A DNA stretch of 64,000 bases from Minisyncoccota bacterium (GTDB lineage: Bacteria; Patescibacteriota; Minisyncoccia; Phycocordibacterales; Phycocordibacteraceae). Each line of letters starts with the position of its first letter. The stretch's first letter is position 1. Positions 18,858 to 28,824 of this stretch are shown piece by piece. Both the position numbers and the translations under genes were made by a program. The notes under the pieces were generated by a model. It was not told where the DNA came from. It ran no database searches and worked only from the letters and a program-made list of their open reading frames with translations. The stretch spans positions 5,619-69,618 of the forward strand of contig DASPLK010000001.1 of the NCBI GenBank assembly GCA_035627595.1. Direction: 5' to 3'.

Positions 18858-19424
18858 TTACAGTCCTGACGCCTCTATGCCACGATTCACACGCGTAATC
18901 AGGTCTTTGCGCTTAGCAAGCGCATATTCCCGTGCGGCATTCCCAAAATGACCATCCGTCTGCGGCACCTGCTCTCCCGCATCGAGTCCTGCATCCTGCA
19001 GCAGGTACAGCGCAGCCAGGGTCTCGGCGGCATCCTGCTCTTCGTCCGCCAGCGTCGGTAGTATTTCGAGATACTCCTTGAAGAGCTCGTATATTTCTCC
19101 TCCGCCACTATCAGTCACCAGGCGTAGCATGAGGTTCGCGACGCGGCCGGCGCGCTCGCGTGCGTCTGGTGCTAAATCAGTAAAGTAATCGTGCGCAAGA
19201 ATGGCGCCTGAGAGTCGCCATCCCTCCTTTCCCCTAAGCAAGATCACATCAGATTGAGCGAGCGTCGTGAGCGCGGCGGACAATTTAGCGCCAGGCTTCC
19301 GCACCCCCTGCGCGCGTGCGCGCACAAGCCCGAGCTCGCTTGTTAAAAGAGAGACGAGCGAACTTGCTTCTCCAAGGGGAGATCTCCCGAGCACAATTGC
19401 CTCTGTCGCGTACTTATGACGCAT
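18858..19424 (-). CDS. recO: DNA repair protein RecO (short)
   Basis: TEAIVLGRSPLGEA...LTSELGLVRARAQGVRK OB-fold N-terminus. Confidence 0.88.
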   Translation of the reverse strand: MRHKYATEAIVLGRSPLGEASSLVSLLTSELGLVRARAQGVRKPGAKLSAALTTLAQSDVILLRGKEGWRLSGAILAHDYFTDLAPDARERAGRVANLMLRLVTDSGGGEIYELFKEYLEILPTLADEEQDAAETLAALYLLQDAGLDAGEQVPQTDGHFGNAAREYALAKRKDLITRVNRGIEASGL

Positions 19425-22400
19425 TTGTGATGGTAAAGCCGACGGAGCCCGTCGATAACTCAGCGGTATGTGGCACTTCCGGAAGCGGAGCGAACTCTAT
19501 ATACGCTGTGCCTGGTACCTGCGCGTCAGAAAGAGTCTCCCGTGCAGATTCCTCAATGGTGATCACGACCTTGTCGCGTGGAGAGAGGTCCATGCTCTTT
19601 CTGGCATCCGCGACCGCGCGCGCGAACTCGCGCTGATCTCCCCTGCGAATAAGCTCGGGTGTAAGTTCCGTATCAAGCGCCACGCTTCCCTCTTCCTTGG
19701 AGGCGTCCATAACTACCTCTTCAACGTTGAGTTCTTCTTTGATGAGCGCGAGGAGTTCCATAGAGAGTGCCGAGCCACCAAGTGTGAGCTTGCCAAGCGG
19801 TTGGCGGACTTTCACATTTGCCCTCTGACGCTCCATAAGCGCAGTCGAGGTGAGTGCGCGCACACGCTTCATATCAGTAAGAAGTGCGGCGTCCCTGTTC
19901 CCAAAGAGTGCGGTAAAGAACTGCTTCTTCATTACCGGCCACTTTGCCAAATGCACACTGATCGGCTCACTTTCCGTACGGATTGCACGGAATATCTCAT
20001 CAGCCACAAACGGCATCACTGGGGCAATGACCTTAGAGAATTCCTTGAGCACATGCTCAAGGGTACGGAGCGCTGCCTGACGGTCAGCCTCGTCGTTCGC
20101 TTTAATGCGATCGCGCGAGCGGCGTACGTACCAGGTGGAAAGATCCTCGACGAAGTCGCGTAGCGGGCGAGCGGCACGCACCAGGTCATAGCGGTCAAAA
20201 GCATCGGTCGTGCCCTCGATAACCTCGGCGAGACGCGCCAGTATCCAGCGGTCGAGTACGTGCGTACTCTCCTTCCCGCGGAGCGATGGATCGAGATCGT
20301 CCTTATACAGCGCATAAAACGCGTAAACGTTCCGGAGCATGTTTACTACGCGATTCTGCGCTTCTTTCACATCTTCGTCGCGGAATGTAAGATCTTCAGC
20401 CTGCATTACTACACTGCCCATAAGGTAGTAGCGGAACGCGTCGGCACCATACAGATCGAAGAGTTGGTACGGATCGGTGTAATTCTTCTTGGACTTCGAA
20501 AGCTTCTCACCGTTTGCGGCGAGAATCGTGCCGGTTGTAACTACGTTCCTAAATGGTGCCCTATCAAAGATCGATACCGAGATTGCGTGCATGTAGTAGA
20601 ACCATGCGCGGGTCTGACCGATGTACTCGGATATGAAATCACCAGGCGAGCGCTTCTCGAAGTCGCCCTTGTGCTCGAAGGGATAGTGGTACTCCGCAAA
20701 TGGCATGGAGCCTGACTCGACCCAACAATCTACAACCTCTGGAATACGCGTAAGCGCAGCGCCCTCTTCGTCGATGAGCTCGACGCGGTCGATGTATGGG
20801 AGATGGAAATCAAGCTCGTAGTTGCGATTGTGTGGAAGTGGCGTAAACGGGAGTTCCATTACCGCACCTGGCTTATGCGACAGGGTCGATGCGTGCTGGC
20901 GTGATTTCTCCTTATCAAGCCCCTCGGCGACTGCGGTGAGTGTTTCAAGACCGCAGCCATGTGTAACGATAAGCACGCACTCATTCTGGTGCGTCTTTTC
21001 TATCTCATAGAGAAACTCGCCAAAGCGGCGCTTTACGTCCTGATAGCTTTCGCCGCCTTCTACCTGCACGTCGTACGCGTGGTCATTCCTCCAAGCGATG
21101 AATTCTTCAAGCGGACGGCCCTCCAGCTTCCCGAACGAAAACTCGCGAAGCCGATCGTCAAAGACGATGTCCGCCTTATCGATGCCAAGACCTTCGGCGG
21201 CCATTTCTGCGGTTTCCTTCGTACGGCGTACGGGCGACGCATAGATGCGCGTCGGCGCACAGGTCTTTAGGAACTCGACGCCTTTCTTTACATCTTCCTT
21301 CCCCTCTTCGGTAAGGCCAAACGTATCAAGCGCGCTGCTGAGGGTCTTGGACGCGGTGTTCTCCGCCTGTCCGTGACGCATGATGTAGTAGCGGTTGCCG
21401 CTCTTCTTCGTGCGCATTTTCAGCTCCTCCAAGGAACCAACGACCGTGACGGCGCCCGTTTTGTCTTTCCATATCGGAAGCGGACTCGCCCAGAAACGGT
21501 TGCGGGAGATCGTCCAGTCAGGAGCTGACTCTATGTTCTTCTTAAACCTGCCGTGCTTTAGGTGCTCCGGCGACCAGTTGATCTTCTCGTTCTCCGCAAG
21601 CATGCGATCCTTCACTGCCTGGATGTCGATGAACCAGCTCGAGACTGCGTTATAGATGAGCGGCGTACCACAGCGGTAGCAGTGCGGATACGAGTGCGTG
21701 TTAGGTGCTTTTGCAAAGAGAAGTCCGCGCGTCTCGAGGTCGTCCTTGATCAGCGGTTCCGCCTTTTTTATATATTGACCCTGGAGGAACTCAGGCGCAT
21801 CTACGTTATAAGTCGCGTTTGGGTTGAGGAGCGGCACCATCGGGAGTCCTTCTTTAAGCCCAAGCTGGTAGTCGTCTTCGCCATAGATGACAGCTGTGTG
21901 CACGACACCAGTACCATCGGTGGTAGTCACGAAGTCTGCAGATAGAACTTCCCACTTCTTCCCCACATGCGCGCGTGCTTTTGCAACGTCATACAGCGGT
22001 TCGTACGAGATTCCTGTAAGGTCGCGGCCCTTCAGCTCCTTCTCGAACTCCGTTACGCCATACGTCTCCATTCGCTCCTTAGCGAGTACGACTGGCACGT
22101 TATTTATACGCACAATGACGTAATCGATGTCTGGACCGACCGCGAGGCCGACATTGCCCGGCAGTGTCCATGGCGTCGTGGTCCACGCGAGTATGTGCGT
22201 GCCTTTTGGAAGACCCTTTGATTCAGGATCGATTATCTTGAACTTTACCGTTACCGCTTCCTCGGTGATGTCCTTATAGGTATTGTCCATCGCAATCTCG
22301 GCCTTTGCGAGCGGAGTCTCGCAGTGTGGGCAGTACATGAGGACCTTGCGTCCTTCATAAAGGCGCCCCTTCTTATGTATTTCTGAAAGCGCCCACCACA

Positions 22401-22872
22401 CACTCTCGATGAACGAGTTGTCCATCGTCTTGTACGAATTATCGAAATCAACAAAGCGCCCGAGCCGCTCAATGTACCGCTTCCACTCATGCACGTATGC
22501 AAGCACCATGGAGCGTGCCTTCTCGTTAAAGTTCTCAATGCCGAGCTCGAGAATGTCCTTCTTGCTTTTGAGACCTAGCTCCGTCTCTACAAGTGATTCG
22601 ATCGGAAGTCCGTGCGTGTCCCAGCCCCAGCGACGGCGCACACGGTATCCCCGCATGGTCTTATATCGCGGAATGACATCCTTAGATGTTGAAGCGAGGA
22701 AGTGGCCAGGGTGCGGGAGACCAGTCGCAAATGGCGGTCCATCATAGAACGTGAACTCGCCCTTCGGGGCAGGCTTTTCGAGTGACTTCTCGAATATCTG
22801 CTGTTCCTTCCAAAACGCGAGTACCTCCTCCTCGCGCTTTGCTATATCCGATTTTCCCCGCTCATCTGCCAT
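19414..22872 (-). CDS. ileS: isoleucine--tRNA ligase (type 2) with inserted histidine phosphatase domain
   Basis: YDGPPFATGLPHPGH, WTTTPWTLPGN, DWTISRNRFW, KLSKS; internal YYIMRHGQAE...SPVRRTKETA...LRE...GES...LIVTHG. Confidence 0.95.
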   Translation of the reverse strand: MADERGKSDIAKREEEVLAFWKEQQIFEKSLEKPAPKGEFTFYDGPPFATGLPHPGHFLASTSKDVIPRYKTMRGYRVRRRWGWDTHGLPIESLVETELGLKSKKDILELGIENFNEKARSMVLAYVHEWKRYIERLGRFVDFDNSYKTMDNSFIESVWWALSEIHKKGRLYEGRKVLMYCPHCETPLAKAEIAMDNTYKDITEEAVTVKFKIIDPESKGLPKGTHILAWTTTPWTLPGNVGLAVGPDIDYVIVRINNVPVVLAKERMETYGVTEFEKELKGRDLTGISYEPLYDVAKARAHVGKKWEVLSADFVTTTDGTGVVHTAVIYGEDDYQLGLKEGLPMVPLLNPNATYNVDAPEFLQGQYIKKAEPLIKDDLETRGLLFAKAPNTHSYPHCYRCGTPLIYNAVSSWFIDIQAVKDRMLAENEKINWSPEHLKHGRFKKNIESAPDWTISRNRFWASPLPIWKDKTGAVTVVGSLEELKMRTKKSGNRYYIMRHGQAENTASKTLSSALDTFGLTEEGKEDVKKGVEFLKTCAPTRIYASPVRRTKETAEMAAEGLGIDKADIVFDDRLREFSFGKLEGRPLEEFIAWRNDHAYDVQVEGGESYQDVKRRFGEFLYEIEKTHQNECVLIVTHGCGLETLTAVAEGLDKEKSRQHASTLSHKPGAVMELPFTPLPHNRNYELDFHLPYIDRVELIDEEGAALTRIPEVVDCWVESGSMPFAEYHYPFEHKGDFEKRSPGDFISEYIGQTRAWFYYMHAISVSIFDRAPFRNVVTTGTILAANGEKLSKSKKNYTDPYQLFDLYGADAFRYYLMGSVVMQAEDLTFRDEDVKEAQNRVVNMLRNVYAFYALYKDDLDPSLRGKESTHVLDRWILARLAEVIEGTTDAFDRYDLVRAARPLRDFVEDLSTWYVRRSRDRIKANDEADRQAALRTLEHVLKEFSKVIAPVMPFVADEIFRAIRTESEPISVHLAKWPVMKKQFFTALFGNRDAALLTDMKRVRALTSTALMERQRANVKVRQPLGKLTLGGSALSMELLALIKEELNVEEVVMDASKEEGSVALDTELTPELIRRGDQREFARAVADARKSMDLSPRDKVVITIEESARETLSDAQVPGTAYIEFAPLPEVPHTAELSTGSVGFTITNAS

Positions 22873-22913
22873 AGTTTCCTTATCCTAGCGTTTAGGCGCT
22901 AAAAAGGAAACGG

Positions 22914-24584
22914 TTACATACGTTCAGGTGCCGGTATCCCTAGAAGCCAGAGGCCGCGCTCCATGGTGCGCACGAATCCTTGAGCCACCATAAGTTTGTA
23001 CGCCTCGTACTCACCGTCTCTAATTCGCTCCTTCGCATAAAACGCATTCCACTCTCCTGCCAACTGCGTAAGGTAGGTGGCAATATGCTGCGGCGCTTTT
23101 TCTGCTTCTGCGCGTTCGGCAACTTTTGGAAAACGCGCGATGAGTCGCTCGATGGTGTACGGCTCATCGGGAGCGTTCTGGATGCTCGGCCGCACGCTTG
23201 ATTGCGCGAGGATGGATTTCGCACGTACGAGCGCGTACTGCAGGTACGGTCCCGAGTCGCCGTCTAGCGAGAGCGACTTCTCTGGATCAAATACAACATT
23301 CGTGCCAGGAGACGCGCGAAGGATCATGTACTTGAGCGCACCGACTGCAACTTTCTCTGCAACAAGCGGGTCGTCGTTCTTACCAAGCGCCTTCTCCATC
23401 ACTTCTTCGATGATGCCAGCTGCGGTTAGAACATTTCCCTTTCGAGAGGACATCTTGCCGGTTGTAAGCTGTAAAAGGCCGTGAGGCACGTGATGCGTCT
23501 TTTGTGCAATCAATGGTGCTATCTCCTCGATCGCGGCTAGGAACACTTTGAAATGCCCTACCTGCTCCAGGCCAGTAAGTATGTAGGAATGATCGTTTGG
23601 AATACGCTGCTCCTTTAGGAATGCGAGTCCAATCTCTTTCGTCTCATAGGTTGGCGTGCCGCGACTCGTGATGAAAACGAGTGTATGAAGACCCTTTGCC
23701 TCTCCTTGGTACACGACCGCGCCTTCACTTCTCGTAAAGATGCCCTTCTCTAGGGCGTCCCCTACTACCTCCATGCCTATAGGTGTGGTCTCACTCTCAA
23801 ATATGAAATAGTCGAAATCCGAATTGAGTACGCGGTATATCTCTTTAAATGCACTAAACGCAGCGTCGCGCCCCTTCCGCCAAAGCTCAAGAAGCGCGCG
23901 ATCTTCCTCTGTGTGCTCGGACTCGTCCTTTGCGAGTGCTGTGTACAGCGCGACATTGAGCTCATCAATTTCAGCCTTTGCTACCTCGCTCTCTTCGTAC
24001 GCCCGCCCGCCCGCTTCGTACGCGCTTCCTACCTCCTTAGCTGTAGCTGGCTCCGTGATGCCCTTCTTACGCAGGCCCCAAATACCCTTTGCGACATGTG
24101 GTCCTACATCGCCGCCATACGAATCGCGTATAACGTGTGCGCCGGTATTCTCTACGAGACGCGAAAATGATTCGCCGATAACTGTGCTCATAAGATGGCC
24201 AATATGCATCTCCTTGAATGGGTTCGGGCATGAGTACTCGACCACAACCCGCTCTCCAGCACGTGAGGAGCCTTTTCCCCAGTCTTCGTCTATATCCGCG
24301 AGTGTCTGCGCGAGGTACGTCCGTGAGCTTGTTACGTTGATAAATCCAGGACCAGCAACATCCACCGACGTCGCGTCGTCTTTAAGTGCATCCTTAAGGA
24401 TTGCGGCAAGATCCTCCGCAAGGGTGCGCGGATTCACATTGAGCTCTTTGGCTGCAGCAAGTGCTGCATTGACCGCGTAATCGCCATGCCTCAAGTCGCC
24501 AGGCCACTCCACCGCAAAGGAAACGTTGGGGGCACCTCTCGCCTTCAGCGCATCAGCAATAATTGTACGTATGCGGTCTTCCAT
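22914..24584 (-). CDS. argS: arginine--tRNA ligase
   Basis: VAGPGFIN, EYSCPNPFKEMHIGH, KMSSRKG, GPYLQYA, C-terminal PERM. Confidence 0.96.
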   Translation of the reverse strand: MEDRIRTIIADALKARGAPNVSFAVEWPGDLRHGDYAVNAALAAAKELNVNPRTLAEDLAAILKDALKDDATSVDVAGPGFINVTSSRTYLAQTLADIDEDWGKGSSRAGERVVVEYSCPNPFKEMHIGHLMSTVIGESFSRLVENTGAHVIRDSYGGDVGPHVAKGIWGLRKKGITEPATAKEVGSAYEAGGRAYEESEVAKAEIDELNVALYTALAKDESEHTEEDRALLELWRKGRDAAFSAFKEIYRVLNSDFDYFIFESETTPIGMEVVGDALEKGIFTRSEGAVVYQGEAKGLHTLVFITSRGTPTYETKEIGLAFLKEQRIPNDHSYILTGLEQVGHFKVFLAAIEEIAPLIAQKTHHVPHGLLQLTTGKMSSRKGNVLTAAGIIEEVMEKALGKNDDPLVAEKVAVGALKYMILRASPGTNVVFDPEKSLSLDGDSGPYLQYALVRAKSILAQSSVRPSIQNAPDEPYTIERLIARFPKVAERAEAEKAPQHIATYLTQLAGEWNAFYAKERIRDGEYEAYKLMVAQGFVRTMERGLWLLGIPAPERM

Positions 24585-24659
24585 GTTGGGACTATAACAG
24601 AAAATGCCCTGGTGCGGCGGCCGTGGTAGCTGGCCGCCGCACCAGGGCACCTTTCCTTT

Positions 24660-25382
24660 CTAGTTCATTCGTCCGACGAAAAACTTTGGCAAGAAGCTAT
24701 CTACCCATGAACCAAGACCGGTCGCAATTCGCGGACGTACTCCGCCGGCTACCGCAACTCGCTCGGTTAGGTTCACCTTGGTCGCGGTGAGCGATGTCCC
24801 CTTTCCACTTCCAAAAGCGAGTACGGAATCACCCTCGCTTATATCCGAGAAGACACGGGCACCGCTCTGGGCATATATGGTCTTCTCATCGGTGCGCACT
24901 GTGATGGTCTTTCCGTCTCCAGTAACAATAGTGAGCGTGCGTGCCTCTGGATCGATTGACTGCACCGTACCTGAGTGGACAATGTGATTGCTGGAAATCG
25001 ACCAGTCACGTACGGAATCTGCATTAACCGTAAACGGTGCCATATTGGACTGAATGGTGCCTGTAAAGCTCACATAGTCACCAGGCGTCACTTGCGTGAG
25101 AGTGATCTTGCCGCCGTCTTTGCGAGCTATTGGCGTTCCCTCTCCGGTCTGGACATTCCAAGTGAGTTTTCCCGAACCCCATAATGTCTCCGCGCGAAAG
25201 CCATCGGCAGTCACCTCACGGACGCGAGCCCCTTTCACGTTCACCTTTCCGCTCTCCTGCATGACTACTTCGAGTGTTACGCCTACCGAGCCTGGATCAT
25301 AATCGCTACTGGCTGACGCCACGGCTGGAAGCGTGACGAGTGCTATCGCGAGCGTAAGGAGGGTTGTCGTGATTCGGTTCAT
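24660..25382 (-). CDS. secreted tandem OB-fold (DUF5666-like) protein
   Basis: Signal peptide and repeated GTV..ID...TLTI...T.....I..GD.V...G units; paralog of the next gene. Confidence 0.75.
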   Translation of the reverse strand: MNRITTTLLTLAIALVTLPAVASASSDYDPGSVGVTLEVVMQESGKVNVKGARVREVTADGFRAETLWGSGKLTWNVQTGEGTPIARKDGGKITLTQVTPGDYVSFTGTIQSNMAPFTVNADSVRDWSISSNHIVHSGTVQSIDPEARTLTIVTGDGKTITVRTDEKTIYAQSGARVFSDISEGDSVLAFGSGKGTSLTATKVNLTERVAVAGGVRPRIATGLGSWVDSFLPKFFVGRMN

Positions 25383-25423
25383 GCGTGTATGCGTTACTGC
25401 GGACTCAAGTCCTTACTTAGGCT

Positions 25424-25448
25424 GACGACCTTGTTCCTCTTTTCTTAC
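25424..25448 (-). promoter_or_regulatory. putative ECF promoter
   Basis: GTAAG-N16-CGTC about 40 nt upstream of ATG 25382. Confidence 0.55.
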
Positions 25449-25481
25449 TACACCACGAGTTTTAAAAATGTGAAGCTGATA

Positions 25482-25518
25482 TGAAGAGACCGCCTACATG
25501 GTGTAGGCGGTCTCTTCA
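25482..25518. terminator. intrinsic terminator between the two DUF5666-like genes
   Basis: TGAAGAGACCGCCTACA-TGG-TGTAGGCGGTCTCTTCA. Confidence 0.8.
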
Positions 25519-25528
25519 AGGGGATGTA

Positions 25529-26257
25529 CTAGCGGTCGTTTCCAAAGATCGCGCCAATTTTCTTCCAGAATCCCCATGCGTTCCCTTTCGGGAACTTATT
25601 GTCCTTCTCCACCGCAGCTTTAGCGGTTAGCGATATGGAGGATGCAGTGAGCACGTTGGTATCAGAATTGTATGCACCATATGCCACAACCTTTGAGTCG
25701 ACATCTATATCGCCAAGCGCATCAAGCGCGCTCGCGTACTCGGTATCGCCGGTCACCCGTACCGTCACATTGCCGCGACCGGTTGTTGAAAGTGTGAACC
25801 GGTCATCGTCCACATCGGTTACGGTACCAGTGAATGCAATGCGATTTTCTGCGAGCGACCAATTCTTCACGACGTCGGCCGCAACGGAGAACGAGCTCCC
25901 TGAGGATAGGGTTCCGCTAAAGCTGATATAGTCGCCGTCTTGTATATCCCCCATCTCCGATGAACTGCCGTTCTTTTGGATGAAGTCTGTGTCGCCATCT
26001 GTTCGCACGGTCCACGTGATAGAGCTCGCGTCCCACATGGTCTGTGCGGTGATGGTACTGCCGGAGACATCGGTCACCCTTGCGCCTCTAACGGTGGTTT
26101 TGCCGTTATCGGCAATCATAATCTCGAGGGTCGAACCTACTGATCGCGGTGCGAACGCTTTATTTGCATTGCCGCTCTGGGCAAGCGCATATACCGGCGC
26201 CACAATGAGTGCCGCGACCACAGCGACGGTACCTAAGTTCTTGTAGTGAGTCTTCAT
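25529..26257 (-). CDS. secreted tandem OB-fold (DUF5666-like) protein
   Basis: Signal peptide; GSTLEIMIADNGKTTVRGARV aligns with GVTLEVVMQESGKVNVKGARV of its neighbour. Confidence 0.75.
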   Translation of the reverse strand: MKTHYKNLGTVAVVAALIVAPVYALAQSGNANKAFAPRSVGSTLEIMIADNGKTTVRGARVTDVSGSTITAQTMWDASSITWTVRTDGDTDFIQKNGSSSEMGDIQDGDYISFSGTLSSGSSFSVAADVVKNWSLAENRIAFTGTVTDVDDDRFTLSTTGRGNVTVRVTGDTEYASALDALGDIDVDSKVVAYGAYNSDTNVLTASSISLTAKAAVEKDNKFPKGNAWGFWKKIGAIFGNDR

Positions 26258-26301
26258 ATGTTCAGTTCGGTTAGTGCGTATAAGCGCTACCAACTACTAA
26301 A

Positions 26302-26326
26302 GACGTATGCGATACATGCCGCTTAC
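26302..26326 (-). promoter_or_regulatory. putative ECF promoter
   Basis: GTAAG-N16-CGTC about 45 nt upstream of ATG 26257. Confidence 0.55.
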
Positions 26327-26362
26327 CTCACTGCTTTCTCACCCTGCTGAACTGACTATGAA

Positions 26363-27619
26363 TTACACGAACGATTCTGGGACCGCGTGGCTAAGCGCCA
26401 TTGTGCGTATGTCTTCACGCACCTTCCCAGCGTCACGATTTGTGAGGACTTCGATCATAAGCTCTGCGACGCGCGCGCACTCTTCTTTGGTGAAACCGCG
26501 AGTCGTGAGTGCCGGCGTACCAAACCGGATGCCGGAGGGGTCCATGGGCTTACGGGTATCGTCCGCAATCGAGTTCTTATTGAGCGTTATGCCTGCTTCG
26601 TCTAGGAGCTTCTCCGCATCGCCGCCGGAAATATTGAACGAACTCCATACGTCCGCAAGAATGAGGTGGTTATCCGTGCCGCCGGTTATGAGCCGTGCGT
26701 TGTTTGCGGCAAACACTTCTGCCATAGCGGCCGCGTTCTCGACGACATTTGCCGCATAGGTCTTAAACGTTGGACGGAGCGCTTCGCCAAACGCGATAGC
26801 CTTGGCTGCGATCTGGTGCATGTGCGGACCACCCTGGAAGCCAGGGAACACTGCCTTGTCTATCTTCTGCGCAATCTCCTCGTTCTCCCTCGTGAGGATC
26901 ATGCCGCCGCGGGGACCGCGCAACGTCTTATGCGTCGTCGTGGTCATGACATCGAATCCATAATCGAATGGGTTCTTCGCTGCGCCGCCGGCGATAAGGC
27001 CTGCGATATGTGCCACGTCCGCAACCGCATATGCGCCAACTTCCTTTGCGATAGCGGCAATTTTCTCCCAGTTAAGCTCACGCGGGTATGCGGAGAAACC
27101 AGCAAGAATGATCTTGGGCTTCTCGGCTAGCGCGGTTTCGCGCAGCTGCTCGTAGTCGATCTCTCCGGTCTCTATGTCCTTCATCTTGTAGCGGACGAAG
27201 CGGAACACCTTGGAGATGTAAGTGACCGGATGTCCGTGCGTTAGGTGTCCGCCATGAGAGAGATCCATGCCGAGCACGGTATCGCCCGGCTCAAGCAAGG
27301 CCATGTACGCGGCAATGTTCGCGTTAGCACCTCCCAGAGGCTGCACGTTCGCAAATCCTGCACCGAACAACTCCTTTGCACGCGCGATTGCTATCCGCTC
27401 CACTTGGTCGGTGTATTCCTGACCGCCGTAGTAGCGCTTGCCGGGATATCCTTCCGAATACTTATTGGTAAGCACTGAGGACATCGCCTCGCGCACCGCA
27501 AGTGATACATAGTTCTCGCTTGGAATGAGCTCGAGCCCTTCTGCCTCACGATTCTCTTCTCCCTCTATTGTCTTGAAGACCTCAACGTCTTCCCTTTTGA
27601 TGTGGTCGTACATAGCCAT
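26363..27619 (-). CDS. glyA: serine hydroxymethyltransferase
   Basis: LIPSENY, EGYPGKRYYGG, GGHLTHG, TTTHKTLRGPRGG. Confidence 0.99.
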   Translation of the reverse strand: MAMYDHIKREDVEVFKTIEGEENREAEGLELIPSENYVSLAVREAMSSVLTNKYSEGYPGKRYYGGQEYTDQVERIAIARAKELFGAGFANVQPLGGANANIAAYMALLEPGDTVLGMDLSHGGHLTHGHPVTYISKVFRFVRYKMKDIETGEIDYEQLRETALAEKPKIILAGFSAYPRELNWEKIAAIAKEVGAYAVADVAHIAGLIAGGAAKNPFDYGFDVMTTTTHKTLRGPRGGMILTRENEEIAQKIDKAVFPGFQGGPHMHQIAAKAIAFGEALRPTFKTYAANVVENAAAMAEVFAANNARLITGGTDNHLILADVWSSFNISGGDAEKLLDEAGITLNKNSIADDTRKPMDPSGIRFGTPALTTRGFTKEECARVAELMIEVLTNRDAGKVREDIRTMALSHAVPESFV

Positions 27620-27756
27620 ACTCGTTACGTAAATAAGGAAATGTGGCTGGCCTTAGGCAAAGCTCGACCAGGTGTGGGTGGTACGGTTCGTAAGCATTGG
27701 GAGTAGTATACAGCCCCGCCCTGTCTTCATGTACCAGTCTTCGATAGCATTTATTT

Positions 27757-28824
27757 ATGCCCTTCATGACCGCTACAGAGCTGAAGCCATACCCTTTCAC
27801 AAATATGGCGGCTACCCCCCTGTTCCCGGTCCGCACAATCGGGCCACTCTTCGAATCAACGCGTTTTAAAGACACCAAAGACCCGTGCATCGCATTTGAT
27901 GGAACGACTTGGCACATATATGGCTCGGGCGGAGATGTGCGAAGCGAGGAATGGCAAATACTCCATGCGACCGCACCCACGATTGAAGGTCCTTGGACTG
28001 AACAGGAGCCAGCGGTTCTGCGCGGCGTTGAAGGGCCGCATGTTGCGGCTCCTTCCGTCATCTATGACTTTGATGACAAGCTCTTTCACATGGCAGTGCA
28101 GAAGGACTTCATGTCTATTGGTGGTGGTATCGCCTATCTAGTCTCTGCGGATGGACACATATTTACCAAAATGCGTACGCTCGTTGAGCCTAAAGGCATG
28201 AGCGAGGCTGGGCTCTATGATCCGCAGTTTGCGCAGATTAAAGGTAAGAAGTATCTCGTGTACTCGGGCATACCTGCTCTACTTTCGTACGACCATCCAT
28301 TCATTCCTCAGCCTGATGTGTATCTCGCGCGCTCGGTCACTGACCGTTGGGTCGGGTATTGGAAGCGCATGAAGCGTGTACTTGCGCATGATGACATCGC
28401 TTGGCACCACAACCGTCTCGGTCACCCTGACTACGAATGGGGCATCGAAGGCCCGCAGATCGTAGAACTTCCTGATGGGAAAATCCTTCTGAACGCGACC
28501 TGCTTCCTCGAAGAGGGACGACGCGGTACCCGGCAGCGCGTATTCTTCGCGCACGCGGATGATGTTAAAGGTCCCTACACGAGTATAGGACCGGTGCTCC
28601 TACCTCCTGATACCGGGTGGGAATCTGGCGAGAACGGACACGCAAGCCTTTGGGTTGAGCATGGATGTTTGTATCTCTTCTACCAAGCGCGCTCCAAGGA
28701 CGAACCTAATCCGCACGACAACAATTGGCGATATGGGATTGCCGTCTACTCGCTTGAAGACATACGCACCGCCCGCGAGCAAGCAGAAAAGCGAGATGAG
28801 GCGCTAGAGGCCAGTGGTGCCTAA
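27757..28824 (+). CDS. five-bladed beta-propeller glycoside hydrolase-like protein (GH43/GH32 clan)
   Basis: KDPCI, AAPSV, YDPQF, IEGPQI and ENGHAS blade motifs; no signal peptide. Confidence 0.7.
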   Translation: MPFMTATELKPYPFTNMAATPLFPVRTIGPLFESTRFKDTKDPCIAFDGTTWHIYGSGGDVRSEEWQILHATAPTIEGPWTEQEPAVLRGVEGPHVAAPSVIYDFDDKLFHMAVQKDFMSIGGGIAYLVSADGHIFTKMRTLVEPKGMSEAGLYDPQFAQIKGKKYLVYSGIPALLSYDHPFIPQPDVYLARSVTDRWVGYWKRMKRVLAHDDIAWHHNRLGHPDYEWGIEGPQIVELPDGKILLNATCFLEEGRRGTRQRVFFAHADDVKGPYTSIGPVLLPPDTGWESGENGHASLWVEHGCLYLFYQARSKDEPNPHDNNWRYGIAVYSLEDIRTAREQAEKRDEALEASGA

